A DNA stretch of 64,000 nucleotides from positions 5,830,547 through 5,894,546 of the forward strand of contig NC_068992.1 of assembly GCF_001194135.2 (NCBI RefSeq), in the 5' to 3' direction. Below, in pieces: positions 25,511 to 39,952 of the stretch. Origin of the DNA: Octopus bimaculoides (Eukaryota). The notes beneath the pieces were generated by a model. It did no database searches. It saw only the letters and a list, made by a program, of their open reading frames with translations, and was not told the DNA's origin. A program made the translations under genes and the position numbers. Every line of letters starts with the position of its first letter. Position 1 is the first letter of the stretch.

Positions 25511-26723
25511 AGAGACGAACAGACAGTCCGGCAGACAGATACATAGTGCTATAATCCTAAAACTAATATATCAATAACGCATTCAACGAGTAGCAAAACA
25601 TCAATTGTTAGAAGAAAAGAATCGAGGATACCAACTGACTTTTTAATCAATTTCTCTTATTATAATCATTTACATCTAGTATTTGAACCTTGACACATGT
25701 CTCTTGCAGCTGCTATTAAATGCATTCAGAATAGATTTGAGCTTTGGAAGAGAACCAGAAGCTATACTGGGAAATAATACTAAATACTTTCCAGAACAAT
25801 TGATGTTGTTCTTCCGAATGATATTCAAAGGAAAATTAAGGAAAATTGGATAAAATTAAAGATTCTAAGTGTCTGTATAGTTCACAGCTTGTGTAAATGA
25901 GAGTTCGTATGAATGTATGTGCGTATGTATGTGCGTGTGCATGTATGTTTGTGTGGTTTGTGTGTTTCCATGTATATGTGTGCGACTGTCTGTGTGTGTA
26001 CATGTGCATGAGTGGAAGGGAGAATGATAGGCACAGGATTAAAAGACGGGTAAGAGAGGCAGATAGAGTATTGCTTTGAGATGATTTATTGTTGTATTGG
26101 CGGATGTGTCTGTGTGTGTGTGTGCGATTTTCTATGAATGCTTTTTGGAGTGCGTAAAAGGAATTTTATATTTTATACATGTGAGTGTGTGTGTGTATAA
26201 TTATAAATGTATGTAAGTGTGTATGCATGTATAAGTATAAAAATATGTGTGAGTACAAATGTATTTATATACATGGACATTCCTATGCGTGTGCATGCGT
26301 TTTTGTATGTACATAGACACTCACATACAAACACACCATATACACACACATGTATGTGTACATACATGCACAAACACAGGCGCATATATAGATTATGGTT
26401 ATGGAAGTGAGGACGGACGTCTGTCTCGACACATATGTCGAGATCTATGATTTATCATGCTTGCATAGACGTAATAGCGTAAGATTTTTCACACACACGT
26501 ATATGCGGACCTGCTTTCTGGTAACTATGAACTAGTATGTGCTTTTATATGAATGCTTTTTATATGAATGTGTATGTGATTACGATATGCGTGGTAGGCA
26601 GAGAAAAAAAACAAAGAAGCAGGAGGAAAAATGGAAAAAAGTATTATAGAGTGATACGAATGAAAGTACGAATCTATAAGTGACAGATACAGACTGATGG
26701 AAACAAGAAAGTGGGTAAAAGAG

Positions 26724-26816
<93 letters not shown>
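26724..26816. repeat. (GA)n(GT)n compound microsatellite
   Basis: Directly visible. Confidence 0.97.
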
Positions 26817-26818
<2 letters not shown>

Positions 26819-27271
26819 GAGAGCATGTATAACATGAATGCAAAAATGGTGAAATGTGCGTGCACATCTAAGATTATGGATACATTTCGGCTTACGTTGT
26901 ATAATCTGTATGCGAATAGCAATATGTTTTCGCTTGACTGATTATTACATAGCATCGGTATGTGTNNNNNNNNNNNNNNNNNNNNNNNNNNNNNNNNNNN
27001 NNNNNNNNNNNNNNNNNNNNNNNNNNNNNNNNNNNNNNNNNNNNNNNNNNNNNNNNNNNNNNNNNNNNNNNNNNNNNNNNNNNNNNNNNNNNNNNNNNNN
27101 NNNNNNNNNNNNNNNNNNNNNNNNNNNNNNNNNNNNNNNNNNNNNNNNNNNNNNNNNNNNNNNNNNNNNNNNNNNNNNNNNNNNNNNNNNNNNNNNNNNN
27201 NNNNNNNNNNNNNNNTATATATATGTGTTTGTGTGTATGTGTGTGTATGTATGTATGTATGTATGTATATA

Positions 27272-27550
27272 GGCGTAGGAGTCGCTGTGTGATAAGAAGC
27301 TTGCTTCCCAACCACATGGTTCCAGGTTCAGTCCCACTGCATGACATCTTGTGCAACTGTCTTCTTTTATAGCCTCGGCCCCACCAAAGCCTTGTGAGTG
27401 CATTTGGTAGGCGGAAACTAAAACAATCCCGACGTATATGTATATATGTATTTGTGTGTCTGTTTTTGTTTCTCACCATCGCTTGACATCCGATGTTAGT
27501 ATGTTTATGTCCCTGTAACTTAGCGGTTCGGCAAAAGAGCCCGACAGATT
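27272..27550 (+). mobile_element. SINE family 2 with tRNA-like head and internal TA/TG tract
   Basis: ggcgtaggagtcgctgtgtgataagaagcttgcttcccaaccacatggttccaggttcagtcccactg (box A/B-like)...gtaacttagcggttcggcaaaagag; colinear with 45922-46285. Confidence 0.9.
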
Positions 27551-28049
27551 AAACATTAGTGATGGTGACGTCATCTCTGCTATTAAGGACACTTTTGACT
27601 AACAGCATGACATCTTTTTCACCATTGGGATCCAAAACCTATGGAGAAAGTGCCTGGAATGAAAGGGTGGGTTATATTCCGTGAAAATATATCCATATAT
27701 ATATATATATACATATANNNNNNNNNNNNNNNNNNNNNNNNNNNNNNNNNNNNNNNNNNNNNNNNNNNNNNNNNNNNNNNNNNNNNNNNNNNNNNNNNNN
27801 NNNNNNNNNNNNNNNNNNNNNNNNNNNNNNNNNNNNNNNNNNNNNNNNNNNNNNNNNNNNNNNNNNNNNNNNNNNNNNNNNNNNNNNNNNNNNNNNNNNN
27901 NNNNNNNNNNNNNNNNNNNNNNNNNNNNNNNNNNNNNNNNNNNNNNNNNNNNNNNNNNNNNNNNNNNNNNNNNNNNNNNNNNNNNNNNNNNNNNNNNNNN
28001 NNNNNNNNNNNNNNNNNNNATATATATATATATATACTTATATGTATAC

Positions 28050-28110
28050 ATGGGAATGAACCCGGAACCATATGGTCGGTGAGGAACCTTCTAACAACAT
28101 AGCCTCACGT
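28050..28110 (-). mobile_element. SINE family 2 head fragment
   Basis: Reverse complement ggctatgttgttagaaggttcctcaccgaccatatggttccgggttcattccc. Confidence 0.55.
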
Positions 28111-28189
28111 TGGAATGATTTTATTTTGTTTGACATGAGTGACTGACTCAAGACCTTTGCATAAAAGCACAAGGTTGACACTCATAAAA

Positions 28190-28485
28190 CCGAAGCTTAA
28201 CCCGGTTTCTATGGCGTATTAGGAACTGACATTACAACACTTGCTCCTGAACTGGACGCCCGTCTTTTAAGTGGGGGAAAATGGCGTCACGTTGTTAAGA
28301 AATACCTGCAAGAAAAAGGTTTAGTCGCCAACAGCATTCCTGTTGGCATGTTTGCTACATTGGCGAATGACGCCGCAGTTTCAGCTACATTGTAAATGCA
28401 AAACAGGAAATATGGCTCTATGGAGCAATGTGAAACTTAGTGACCTGCTGGGCCAGGAATCGAAACCACTACAGTAAGTTAATTT
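28190..28485 (-). mobile_element. SINE family 3
   Basis: cccggtttctatggcgtat (28200) is the reverse complement of atacgccatagaaaccggg at 63882; ggagcaatgtgaaa...ccaggaatcgaaacca is the reverse complement of the head and box B. Confidence 0.6.
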
Positions 28486-30059
28486 CTGAAACACAATAGA
28501 ACTACGTGGAACAACAAAAGTAATGAATACTAATAACTGGTATCAAAAGAAAAATACAACACCATTTTGATTCATTCAGAAAAGATCAACATGCCATGCA
28601 TCTATCTGTTTGTTAACCTTTACAAACTTCAAAATATTCTGTCGCCACCACCGACTGCCATAATCAATAATTTATTAAAACAAGGCAAACTACAGTTATT
28701 CTATAAGTCGTCTTCTGTTTCTTCTTTAGAACAAAACATCTTTTATCATAATGAAGCAGTGTTTTTTTTATATTTTATAGAAAAATGAATATGTAAGTAA
28801 TAGTAATAAATAAGTTTCTGTGTCACTTATATAATACAAAGACCGAAAATTATTTGGCTCAATGCCACATTTACTGACAATGCCAGTGATTGCTTCATTA
28901 TTTGTTTAAATATTTTGGTGCGTAGTTTTCAAAATCTCTAGTTTAGAGCTGCTGATATAAATGCTGAAGCTTGGTTCACTTCTCCAGACATGATTTACAT
29001 CTAATAGTCTGAACGGGAGAGGGAATAAAAGGGAGATATAGAGATATGCAGGTCAACGCACATACTAGGCGTAGTGTCAGTCGATGAGTAGTGGAAGTTA
29101 CACAGACACACACAGTGAACGACACAGGACCATAGGAGGAAAAAGGTTAGAGAAGATGTAGCAAATGCTGTAATAAATATTTTTTCCTTTCTAAAATTTA
29201 TTGCATCAGCAAATTTACTGCAAGATTACAATTTTGGTGTGTATACCATATTTTCTGACACTGTATAGTTTATTAGATTAACTTAAAAACGAATATAATA
29301 TGTGTCAGATTTTCAATAGGATTAATGTTAAATTATCTTTCTGGTGTTTACATAATTCGGTAACAGAGAAAATAACTCCTGTAGTTTCTAAGCATCTTTC
29401 CCATCTTGCAATTATCTTGCCGTATATTTTCAATTATTTCAAGAATTTGTAAATAAGCAGATCTATTTACACACAACAAATCAATTTCTAAGTGTTACAC
29501 AGAATTGAGCGGAAATCGTTTTAAGCTCTATCAATTTTCATCAGAAACGACAACTTTTTCACACATAAATTCAAGAAGATACTTAAATGCAAATTTGACA
29601 AAATCCTAGGAACACTTAGAAAATAGCCATTGAGAAATAAATTATTTCAGCTGTCACATGACAAACGTTATTGGTGCCATACTTGTCTCTTAGGCTACGG
29701 CATACGAAGTACGATTTTATGTGTGTGTATATATTTATCTATATATACATATATATATTTATTGCCCACAAGAGGCTAAACACAGAGGGGTCAAACAATA
29801 AATTTGATAGTTGATACTATGGAATACGTAGACAAACTGAAGGTAAGGCAGCACTACGGTGATACAGTCACTCTCACATTTTACAATCTTTCAGAAATAC
29901 CATGTTCTTCGATTCAAATAGTACCGACTTAAAACAGTACGCATGAATCTGATGAAAATAGCTATAAATTTCCTTTAATTTTACATTATAAATTTTCTGT
30001 GAAATGACTCATTGTGTTATATTCAACAGATATACACACATTCAAAAATTTCTGGACGT

Positions 30060-30198
30060 TTCCTGAATCAAACGGAAATAGCATTAACCATTACAGCTAT
30101 AGCAAATTGACAATAACCATGAAGGAACGGTACTGTGTGGTGTGCTGTAACTTTATATAGTCCGGATAAATAGTCCGGATACTTATTGATCAGGCCTC

Positions 30199-30199
<1 letters not shown>
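30060..30199 (-). mobile_element. Mariner-type element end (terminal inverted repeat)
   Basis: Reverse complement TA|CGAGGCCTGATCAATAAGTATCCGGACT resembles mariner TIRs and abuts TA at 30200 and a (TA)n run. Partner TIR not found. Confidence 0.55.
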
Positions 30200-30231
<32 letters not shown>

Positions 30232-30651
30232 NNNNNNNNNNNNNNNNNNNNNNNNNNNNNNNNNNNNNNNNNNNNNNNNNNNNNNNNNNNNNNNNNNNNN
30301 NNNNNNNNNNNNNNNNNNNNNNNNNNNNNNNNNNNNNNNNNNNNNNNNNNNNNNNNNNNNNNNNNNNNNNNNNNNNNNNNNNNNNNNNNNNNNNNNNNNN
30401 NNNNNNNNNNNNNNNNNNNNNNNNNNNNNNNNNNNNNNNNNNNNNNNNNNNNNNNNNNNNNNNNNNNNNNNNNNNNNNNNNNNNNNNNNNNNNNNNNNNN
30501 NNNNNNNNNNNNNNNNNNNNNNNNNNNNNNNNNNNNNNNNNNNNNNNNNNNNNNNNNNNNNNNNNNNNNNNNNNNNNNNNNNNNNNNNNNNNNNNNNNNN
30601 NNNNNNNNNNNNNNNNNNNNNNNNNNNNNNNNNNNNNNNNNNNNNNNNNNN

Positions 30652-30724
<73 letters not shown>

Positions 30725-30977
30725 GGTGCGTAGGGTTGTATGTCTACTGTGACGTAGACTAACGGTCAGCAACTACCCTCTACGACATCAATACTTCTGA
30801 GTTAGCTAGTCTATGTCTTGACCCGTCTTAGTTAAACATTTATGATAGTTATTTTTTCCCCTTAACGACTGTAACTATCTGCCCCTACCCCCTCTTCTAT
30901 CCTTTTCTTCATTCCTATCAACGCTATGCGACTCACATTCCCACATATTTACCCTCCACCAGTCCGACCTTATGTGT

Positions 30978-31035
30978 GTGCGTGTTTATCTGTGAGTGCG
31001 TGTTTATCTGTGAGTGCGTGTTTATCTGTGAGTGC
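30978..31035. repeat. Minisatellite, 18-bp unit x3
   Basis: (gtgcgtgtttatctgtga)x3, exact. Confidence 0.9.
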
Positions 31036-33923
31036 TTGTGTTTGTGTGTGTGTGTGTGCGTGCTCTTCTAAGTATATACACAGATACTTACTTGAATACA
31101 GACATTGTGTGTATTCGGCTTCGTGTTAAAATTCTAAGAATTTTCTGGAGCTAAGATTAAGGCCCACAAATCCTGTCTTATAATTCGAGCGTCTGTTTAT
31201 TTATTTTATGTACGGTGAAACCTCATTTTAAATGATAATCAAGTGCTTTAATGCCAAATGTTATTAAAATTAGGTGTTCATTGCGATGTGCATAATATTT
31301 GATGCACAGCTGGTGCATGTCTACACAATTACTTAAGGTTCGACTGCAAAATAACATTCATTAATAAAACATATATTCTAATTTCATGATGTTTATGTGA
31401 ACTGAGGTTTTACCATAGAAAAGGTTACTGACTTCCATTGAGCGTGGAATTAAATGGAGATTAAAATAATGTTCACAAAACGTGATCATATTTTACTTAT
31501 CTAGAAAATATCAACACGAATATTCTGTTATTAACAAAGATTCTATACAGCTGGTATTCTGGCAGAAATCTTGGAATCAAATATCCATTAATTGATACTT
31601 TAACTGTCAAAGAATGAAGGCTATTTGCGAATTTATAGCTGTAATATAAACGCAAATATGACTGTGCACACGTGACGTTCGATTCGTAACCACGTACCAC
31701 TTTATGTATCTTCTACGATGCAATTTTCATTGACATTATATTGTGAATAAAAGAACGATAACTGGCAGAAATACATACATACATATAAACAGACACATAG
31801 ACAGACAGACAGACAGACATACAAATAGACAGACAGACAGATAGACAGACGGACAGACGGACAAACACATAGATAAACAGACAGCCAGATCCATATACGT
31901 ACATGAGAACATTTATGACGAATTAATGCGGAACTCACAGCTCTTGTACCCTGAGTATAGATTCTCATTTGTACTTTCCATCATACGTGCACTAAGTTAT
32001 GTGCACTACATCATACGTGCACAACAATCGTGCATAAAAAACTAGAAATACTTGGTTTCATGGAAAAAAGTGCGAGAGAAACTGATGTCGATTGTCGAAA
32101 TCCAATTCTTACTATCGCAGTCAATATTTCTAAGACATTCTATAAATTCCCCATGTGATATTATGTGGGTAGATGCACACACATGTCTATACGCATCGTC
32201 AGTTCATCCAACGCGCCAAATCAACCGCGTATTTACAAACAATGGGAATTCTCTTAACTCAAGCAGTCTTGTAGCTTTGTAAGCAATCGGCTTGAAATCT
32301 CTCAGGAACTTGAATTAAACATACATACATACATACATACATACACAAGTGCATTTTCGACCATACGATACGTGTATGTAACAGTGTACGTAAAGATATA
32401 CATGTTTGAATGAGGTTTTTAACTTATTTAAGGTTGGAAAGTAAACGCAACCACTGGCAGAAGGTGAGATGTTGAAGAAATATTCAATGATTGAAAAGAC
32501 GTAGTTGTTAAAGTGACCATGATCTAATTAACTGCGAAAACTGTCGAATTTAGTAAGAGATTTTCTCGCAGTAATGTAAAAGACAGAAAATAGTACTACA
32601 TAGTTGTATATTAAATCTTAACAAAAATACATTAGAAAATGTTAAATTTGAAACTATATTCATATCGATATATGGATGTTTTAACATCAGTAAGTGTCCT
32701 ACAAGTGATTACTAACATTGCTTCATATGTGAAATGAACTTTTCACCGTTTCGGTAACACATTGGCGATATACATATTTCAAGTACTTTCATTCGAATTC
32801 TCTTGAATGAAACGCGTTTAAATGTCAACATTTCTTGATTGGTCTGACAGCTGCTAATTCACTTTGGATCTCGAATTCTGCCAGATCCTGATTGCGGGTT
32901 AAAAGCAATATTTCGACAAATTTACTTACATCTATTTATAATCCGGTAATGATAACACTTAGTACTTAATAGAGAAAAACATTTTCAGTTCCTCAAAGTT
33001 ACCAGTTCTCTTTCCGAATCTGAGCATAACTTGGCTGTATTATACTTTTATAACTATGTACTAATGTACTGCATTTAAGTGATAATAAATTAAAGGGTCG
33101 TTAAGAATAATCAAAAATTTTAAATGTTTGGCAAAGTTTTGCATCAGCTTAGATGCTGTACATCTTTTAATAAGAGGTTAGAAATATGTTGACAAGATAT
33201 ATACAGGAAATTATCGTAAAATTTCTTCTGTTGTAAACTTTATATATAGTGAAGCAATTATATAAAATATAATTCTTCAATACATTTCGAGTTATAATTC
33301 TTTACAGGCATATTGCATAGAAATAGGCATTTTATGGTAGCTCTTCAGCATTTAAAATTTTTATTCAAAGTTTTCATTTAAATGGCTTTAAATCTTTCCT
33401 TGTTACAATTTCAAATGAGTATTTATTTCTGAATATATATTTAGGTTCTCGAATTTTACATTTTGCCGCAGAAGTGTTGTATTTCATTCTTTTTTTTTAA
33501 ATTTCTATATTTTATTTTTTCTATTTTTTTAGTTCTCAAGTCAGTTATCACCGATTTCAAACAGAACTTTCAAAACATATATTCCAGCAGTGGCCATCCT
33601 ATATTTTATTCAAACAGAAAATTATCTTACACATCGCATTCTGTAAACACTAATTAGCGTGATGTGGTTAATTACAGACTTTCAACAGTGAAACATTAAT
33701 TCAATATTTGTTTGTTTCTTTTTTTCTAAGAGCGAATTGTACAAGAGAATAATTTTGGACATAATTCAGAATGCAATTGGTAACATATTGCGTTTCATTC
33801 TCCGTTTTTCCCGCCAATATATGCAATATTCAATAATTTACTTACATAAAAGCTGTACACAAAACACACACACACACGCACACACACACATACACACACA
33901 CACACATACACACACACACACAT

Positions 33924-33970
<47 letters not shown>

Positions 33971-33976
33971 AATATA

Positions 33977-34114
33977 GAAGAAGAAGAAGAAGAAGAAGAA
34001 GAAGAAGAAGAAGAAGAAGAAGAAGAAGAAGAAGAAGAAGAAGAAGAAGAAGAAGAAGAAGAAGAAGAAGAAGAAGAAGAAGAAGAAGAAGAAGAAGAAG
34101 AAGAAGAAGAAGAA
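33977..34114. repeat. Pure (GAA)~46 trinucleotide tract
   Basis: Directly visible; preceded by CA/TA microsatellite. Confidence 0.98.
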
Positions 34115-34119
34115 GGGAG

Positions 34120-34900
34120 AGGAGAAATCGTCTCCAAAGTCATTAATACTTCAGAGAAATGGAATATTAGAGGGAGATATTCTCTCTGTAATTCTGCTCA
34201 TTTTGTTAAACCCATTAACATGCCTGCTACACACAACAAACAGCCACACGCTACGGTCTGAAGCTCCAAGAGATATTAATGTAATCCATAATTTCTTTGT
34301 GGATGACCTCGCGAGTTTGGCTTAAAATGTTAACACTGCCAAAAACTAACTGGAATTAATAACAACATTTTCAGCTAATATAGGAATGGGGATTGGCCAA
34401 AAGAAAATATATCATACCAAGAAACCGTGAATAAAGTTAGAGTGACCGAAGAATCTTACACTTGACTGGGGAAAATATGGCAGAATGCATTTGCCGTAAG
34501 AGTGCTTATTGCAACCTTTGAAATACTTGACCGGTCTGGAGAAGAAATCCGGTCCACATACATTAAAATCCGAAAAACTCTAACATCAATTGGAAATTTC
34601 TACAAAAGTAGTGATATCGACAGCTTCTAAGAAAAAATACAAGACGTATGTGGGTGACATCATTGCAGACAGACGTAGAAGTTCGCATTGTCTCTCTCAG
34701 ACAGCATTTGCTAAAGAATAGCCTTAAAGATAAATACATTAATTTAGTATTGGGAACTGAAGAAAACAATATCTTATTTCAGGGAGTATTCTCTTCCCGA
34801 GGGCCCCCTATTCAACCCCAAATCAGCTGCACTAGCATACCTCAAAGAAGACCTAGTGAAATGCTTAACATACCAAAAAATACAACGCATGAATAGGTTT
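34120..34900 (+). mobile_element. R4/Dong-like reverse transcriptase fragment (domains 4-7 and thumb)
   Basis: NGILEGDILSVILLILLNPLTCLL...HNFFVDDLASLA*...LELITTFSANIGMGIGQKK, matching GI.QGD.LSP.LF...LNPLS / H..F.DDL / FS.DIGM.FG..K. Later VSLRQHLLKN...VLGTEENN. In-frame stops. Confidence 0.9.
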
Positions 34901-34961
34901 CTTGTAGACTTGAACACCCTTGGACTCTTGACAGCTATGTCGCATCACACTCACACACACG

Positions 34962-34993
<32 letters not shown>

Positions 34994-35141
34994 CACACAC
35001 ACGCGCACACACACACACANNNNNNNNNNNNNNNNNNNNNNNNNNNNNNNNNNNNNNNNNNNNNNNNNNNNNNNNNNNNNNNNNNNNNNNNNNNNNNNNN
35101 NNNNNNNNNNNNNNNNNNNNNNNNNNNNNNNNNNNNNNNNN

Positions 35142-35191
<50 letters not shown>

Positions 35192-38100
35192 TCTTTGGTA
35201 TAGATATACACAGATACATTTCTATTTTTGTGTCTGTGTATTTGTAGTTATTTGTATGCTCTTATTCTAATTTTTTCTCTCTCCGATTTCACAATTCATT
35301 ACTAAGACCAAATTTACGTAAATGTTTATGGGAGCAGTTGTCATTGGTATCCTTGTAAGACTGTTGTTTTTAAAATGTATAGTACCGAAGGCAATCAGCC
35401 ATTTTCACCGTGAAATATACCGTACGTGTAGCCATAAAGCAGTATTTAAATGTCTAATTAATGTTATTGCTTTCTAGTAATTTAGTCAAATTTATAACAT
35501 TAAAATACCGCATTTTAATGCCCTATTTGACATGTTATCTGTCGACATACGTCACAGGTTCTCGTTTTCAGAACATGCAAAACTTCTGATGATTTTAATC
35601 TAATTTATTTCAAAATCTTTCATCTCATTTTTCACAGCTTCCCTACCCAACAAATGTTTCTCACCATCTTATTGCAGATGTAGGAAATAAAAAAATGTAG
35701 TCTGTATCAAACCCGTTGTAAAGCATGGCAGCCACAGAGGTACAAATTTCCTAGATATTTGTACTAGAGAAAATTGAGCCTTTCAACTTATACTCGACTA
35801 TGTTAAAAAAGCAAGGAACCTTTAGACAATGCAGTGCTGAATATCCTATACTTGAAAGGGAATGAAAAAACACAGATGGTCTGAGCTGAAACACGCTTTT
35901 GATCAGAAGATAGGGTTGACTTGTCTATAAGTTGCAACTGAGGTAGCATGCTAATAAATAAGCTAGAATTGATGAGGTAAGCAATAATATTTACGTGAAG
36001 AACAGATATATAAAAATATACATTTTATTAGCTGTCTAAGAAGTGGAAGAAAAAAATCTTTAATTTTCTTGACCTTCAATAATGATTGGGATTGAAATAA
36101 ACTATCTTTAAATTAGAACTTTGGATCCAATGTTTAAAACAGAAATGACACCTTTAAATTATTCAAGTGGCCAGGTGGTACTATCACTGTTTTGTGATAA
36201 GTTATATGTAACAGTTTGCAGTTAAACGACTACCATTGGAGCTTTGTATTCAGAATTCTACGCCCAAAACTCTGCGACTACGTGTAACGTTATTCCACTT
36301 CTTACGATCTTATATAATTTTTAACAATACTGGATGTCGAATAGCATTTTGCAATGTGTCTTCCCATTTTTATTGAGAAAACTATTGTGTCATTTGAAGA
36401 GGGCGCATTAGCTATGTTTATCATGTCAAGCGATGACTTAGGGTCTCCTACATTAATAATAATGTGGAAGCAAAAAGAAATATAAACAATAATCAGAATT
36501 AAACCTAAAAAACATTAACTATATATTTTGCATGAAGAATTGATAGTTCTTTAAGACGAACGGGATTCATTGATACTTTGTGAAATTAGTGTTGTCGCAT
36601 TTTATGCTGATGTTAATAAAAAACGCATTAACATTATTTATGTCAAAACGAAAAGACACAATTGGCAATACATCTAACATGACCTCAATCTTTTCATAGA
36701 GTACAGATAAGAATAAGACATTAATGTAAGCATACACTTCGCCATCCTCGGGGAATATTGATGAAAAAGAATGTGGCAAAACTGTAAAGTAATGAACACA
36801 CTTGTAAATACATAGAAAGTAAATCCATCATATTTTAGCGTATTAAACATACAGGATCTATACATTCTCTGGTGCGTATTTAAATAGGATACAACTCTAA
36901 GCAAGAAAACGACGAAAACTACAGCACAAATATGCATACAATTTATATTTCACTGTAATAAGACGATTATGTTGTTCAATCAATAAACAGCCGTTATCTA
37001 TCCTATTGCACATTAAGTGGATCCAACACGTCAACTCCTTGTAAGATATTCATTTTCTTCACATTGACAAGAGCAGTTCCCAACACTTGAATCATTTACA
37101 ATCTAAAGACCATTGCGCTTGTGTGCGTGCGTACCTAACGTTTATTTACTTTTTTTTATCTTTATATGAATGTCAACCGTGTATAACCGATTTAGCAAGG
37201 AGAAGTAGATTAACTTTGTAACTTGAATTCATTGAAGCAGCTACGAAATCACATTTAAACCACATAGTACTGGTTTCAAAAAAGAAAAAAAAAACAGAAC
37301 GCGTTACCTAATGAATCTTTGTCTGCTGAGCACGAAATCGTATTTGAGATTGCCATGCATAAAACATGTTTGAATACATTTCCGTTTCATCAAGGGTGAA
37401 TTATCGCTAAATAAAATTACTGTAAACACGTACAAACATGTAATGATCTGCCATATTGACCAGCTAGAAATTACAGTTTGAAACACCTCAGAATAATGTT
37501 TACATGTAAATTGGATAATGTAGTTTTCCATACGCTGTCTGAAATATAGTGCAATGGCTGGAAATTATTTGCCAATATATGCGTATTTGTAACGGTATCT
37601 ATATGAATATATGCATACACACATGCATACATAAATACCTACACACATGGATATATGTATGTATATATGTATGTATAATATATTTGCATGTTTGTGTGTG
37701 AATATATATATATATATATGTCTGAAGTATGAAAGTATTATAGAGACATGAAGTCAAAGTCAACTTGGAAGAAAGTGGGGAAAATGACATTAAAAGACCA
37801 AAAAACGTTATTAAATAAAAAATTATATAAAAGAACTTAAGATATGTTTATGTAGAAGTACCTCAAAAATGGAATGCAGAGAACTAAAAACATGTGAAGA
37901 AGTAAAGTTGATTTTTCGCTATATGAGATGAATATAAAATAGGAAATTGAGTGTCTACAGTGTTTTTAACTTTGAATATTCCATGAGCAACACTGCAGCA
38001 GACGTTATTAGTCCGATGTGACTGGGTATAAAATTGAAGTGTCATGATATGATCAAAGAAGAGTAGAAAATTGATATTTATAACAGAACAGATCTTGACT

Positions 38101-39910
38101 CATACATAGAATGAAACCCAAATTCAAATACATAATTTACCGACTGAAATACGCAACCACACACGCACTCATACACATATACACATATATGCACATACAC
38201 GTTCTCACAAACGGAAATATAGAGAAAAAACATACGCACGTAATAAATGAAGACACGCACTCACAAATATTAATACGCACACAATTTTTTATCAACCAGA
38301 AGCAATGCAACTTAAAACCAATGCTTTTATGCCTCTTAACAACTACACTCTTGATGCATATATATATATATATATATATANNNNNNNNNNACAACAAAAA
38401 TTTGAAACCCCCAGAGTAAACCAAAAATATTCAGAATCATATATGTATATACACAAAGAATGCTATGAGCAATTATTCACATGCATGTAACAAAACAACA
38501 AAAATTTGAAACCCCCAGAGTAAACCAAAAATATTCAGAATCATATATGTATATATATATGCTTATCATGAATTTCATTAACATTTTATCATACAATCAT
38601 CTCACTGGTGAATAATATACGGTTTTTGCTCTTAATAATTCCAAATATTTGACAAAAGTATAGCATTTCATTCCAATATTCTATTAGGCCAGTGATTCCA
38701 TATAGCACAGTGTATATGACTTAGGAACGTTTTGTATTCGAATTGCACATAGAATCTTATCCCTAATGTGCAAGCCTGACTTTCAGGAATTTCGGGGACT
38801 TAGATCATCCTTCGAATTTGTTGATCTCCACCCTTTTATGATAGTTTTTAAAACTTATAAAGAACAATAACAGCAACAAAAATCTAACTCGAATAAAAGC
38901 AGTCAAAATTACTAGATTATTTAGAATATATCGTGTAAACGTGGATCAGACATCATGATTATATTTTGGTTAATTATTGATTGTACATCTTAAGCTATAT
39001 AAGCTATACAAGAACATTAGAAGGAGGCCATAAAAGGTATGAAGATATTAACTTACTCTCTGATAAATCTTGAAGAGTCAAAATTGTCAATAAAGAAAGT
39101 CTAAAAGAATGTTGCTGACCTAGATTTATGTTAAAAAATAAATGTCATATTTGTATAACCCTTAATATCAAACTAATTGGATCATTTCTGATCTGGGCAA
39201 AACGGAAATAAGGATCTAACACCTGCAAATTTAATTTTATACAGTTTTATATACAAAGAATTATTTATATTCTAACGGCGTTTCTGCGATTGATCTCATC
39301 TATAATATAGACATTAAGTTCTTTAATTTATATTGACACATCTTTTTTTTTCTTAATCTACCTTAATCAGTTCTAATGCACGTTGAATCTTTTCTAATAC
39401 ACACCCATTCACGTATCTGCATATCTGCTTTTATGCATTTTAGTAAGATTCGCACTATATAGTTTCATCATTAGTAAAAGTCATTCGACATTTTAAAACT
39501 ACTAATGTACATTAATTTAAATATCATTCTGAATATATACCATTCATATGATCTCTACTAGCGAAAATTAAATTGAATAGTTGTTGTAGATATATTTTTT
39601 CTAATTTCTTTTATCTTTAGCATTTAATTCGTCAAGCAAATATTCATACAATTAATTTGCAAATGACATGTCACACTAAGATGCGATTAACTTATGCAGA
39701 TTATATAACACACTTCTAATAGCTTCGTAAAAACAATAAGATAATAACTAGAATAGAGAAGCTGAATTTATAACATCATGTCATATATCTACACATTTAT
39801 CAGCAGACGTATTTGAAAATGTGCGTATTATTGACCGCATATCGCTGAATGCAACTATGTATGTGTGTGAGAGAGAGAGCATGCATTCATGTGTGTGTGT
39901 GTGTGCGTGC

Positions 39911-39952
<42 letters not shown>

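Noticed and set aside
26424-26443. Hairpin tctcgaca-cata-tgtcgaga
   Set aside because: An 8-bp stem is expected by chance in 64 kb; no associated element end.
30978-31035. Short direct repeats as a CRISPR-like array (also 50338-50404)
   Set aside because: No spacers, eukaryotic context; plain minisatellites.
33737-34261. 174-aa ORF with poly-Glu
   Set aside because: Translation of CA/TA and (GAA)n microsatellites running into an out-of-frame LINE RT fragment.
38391-38556. Exact 60-bp duplication with 104-bp period
   Set aside because: Begins exactly at a 10-N gap edge; most likely an overlapping-contig or haplotype artefact.
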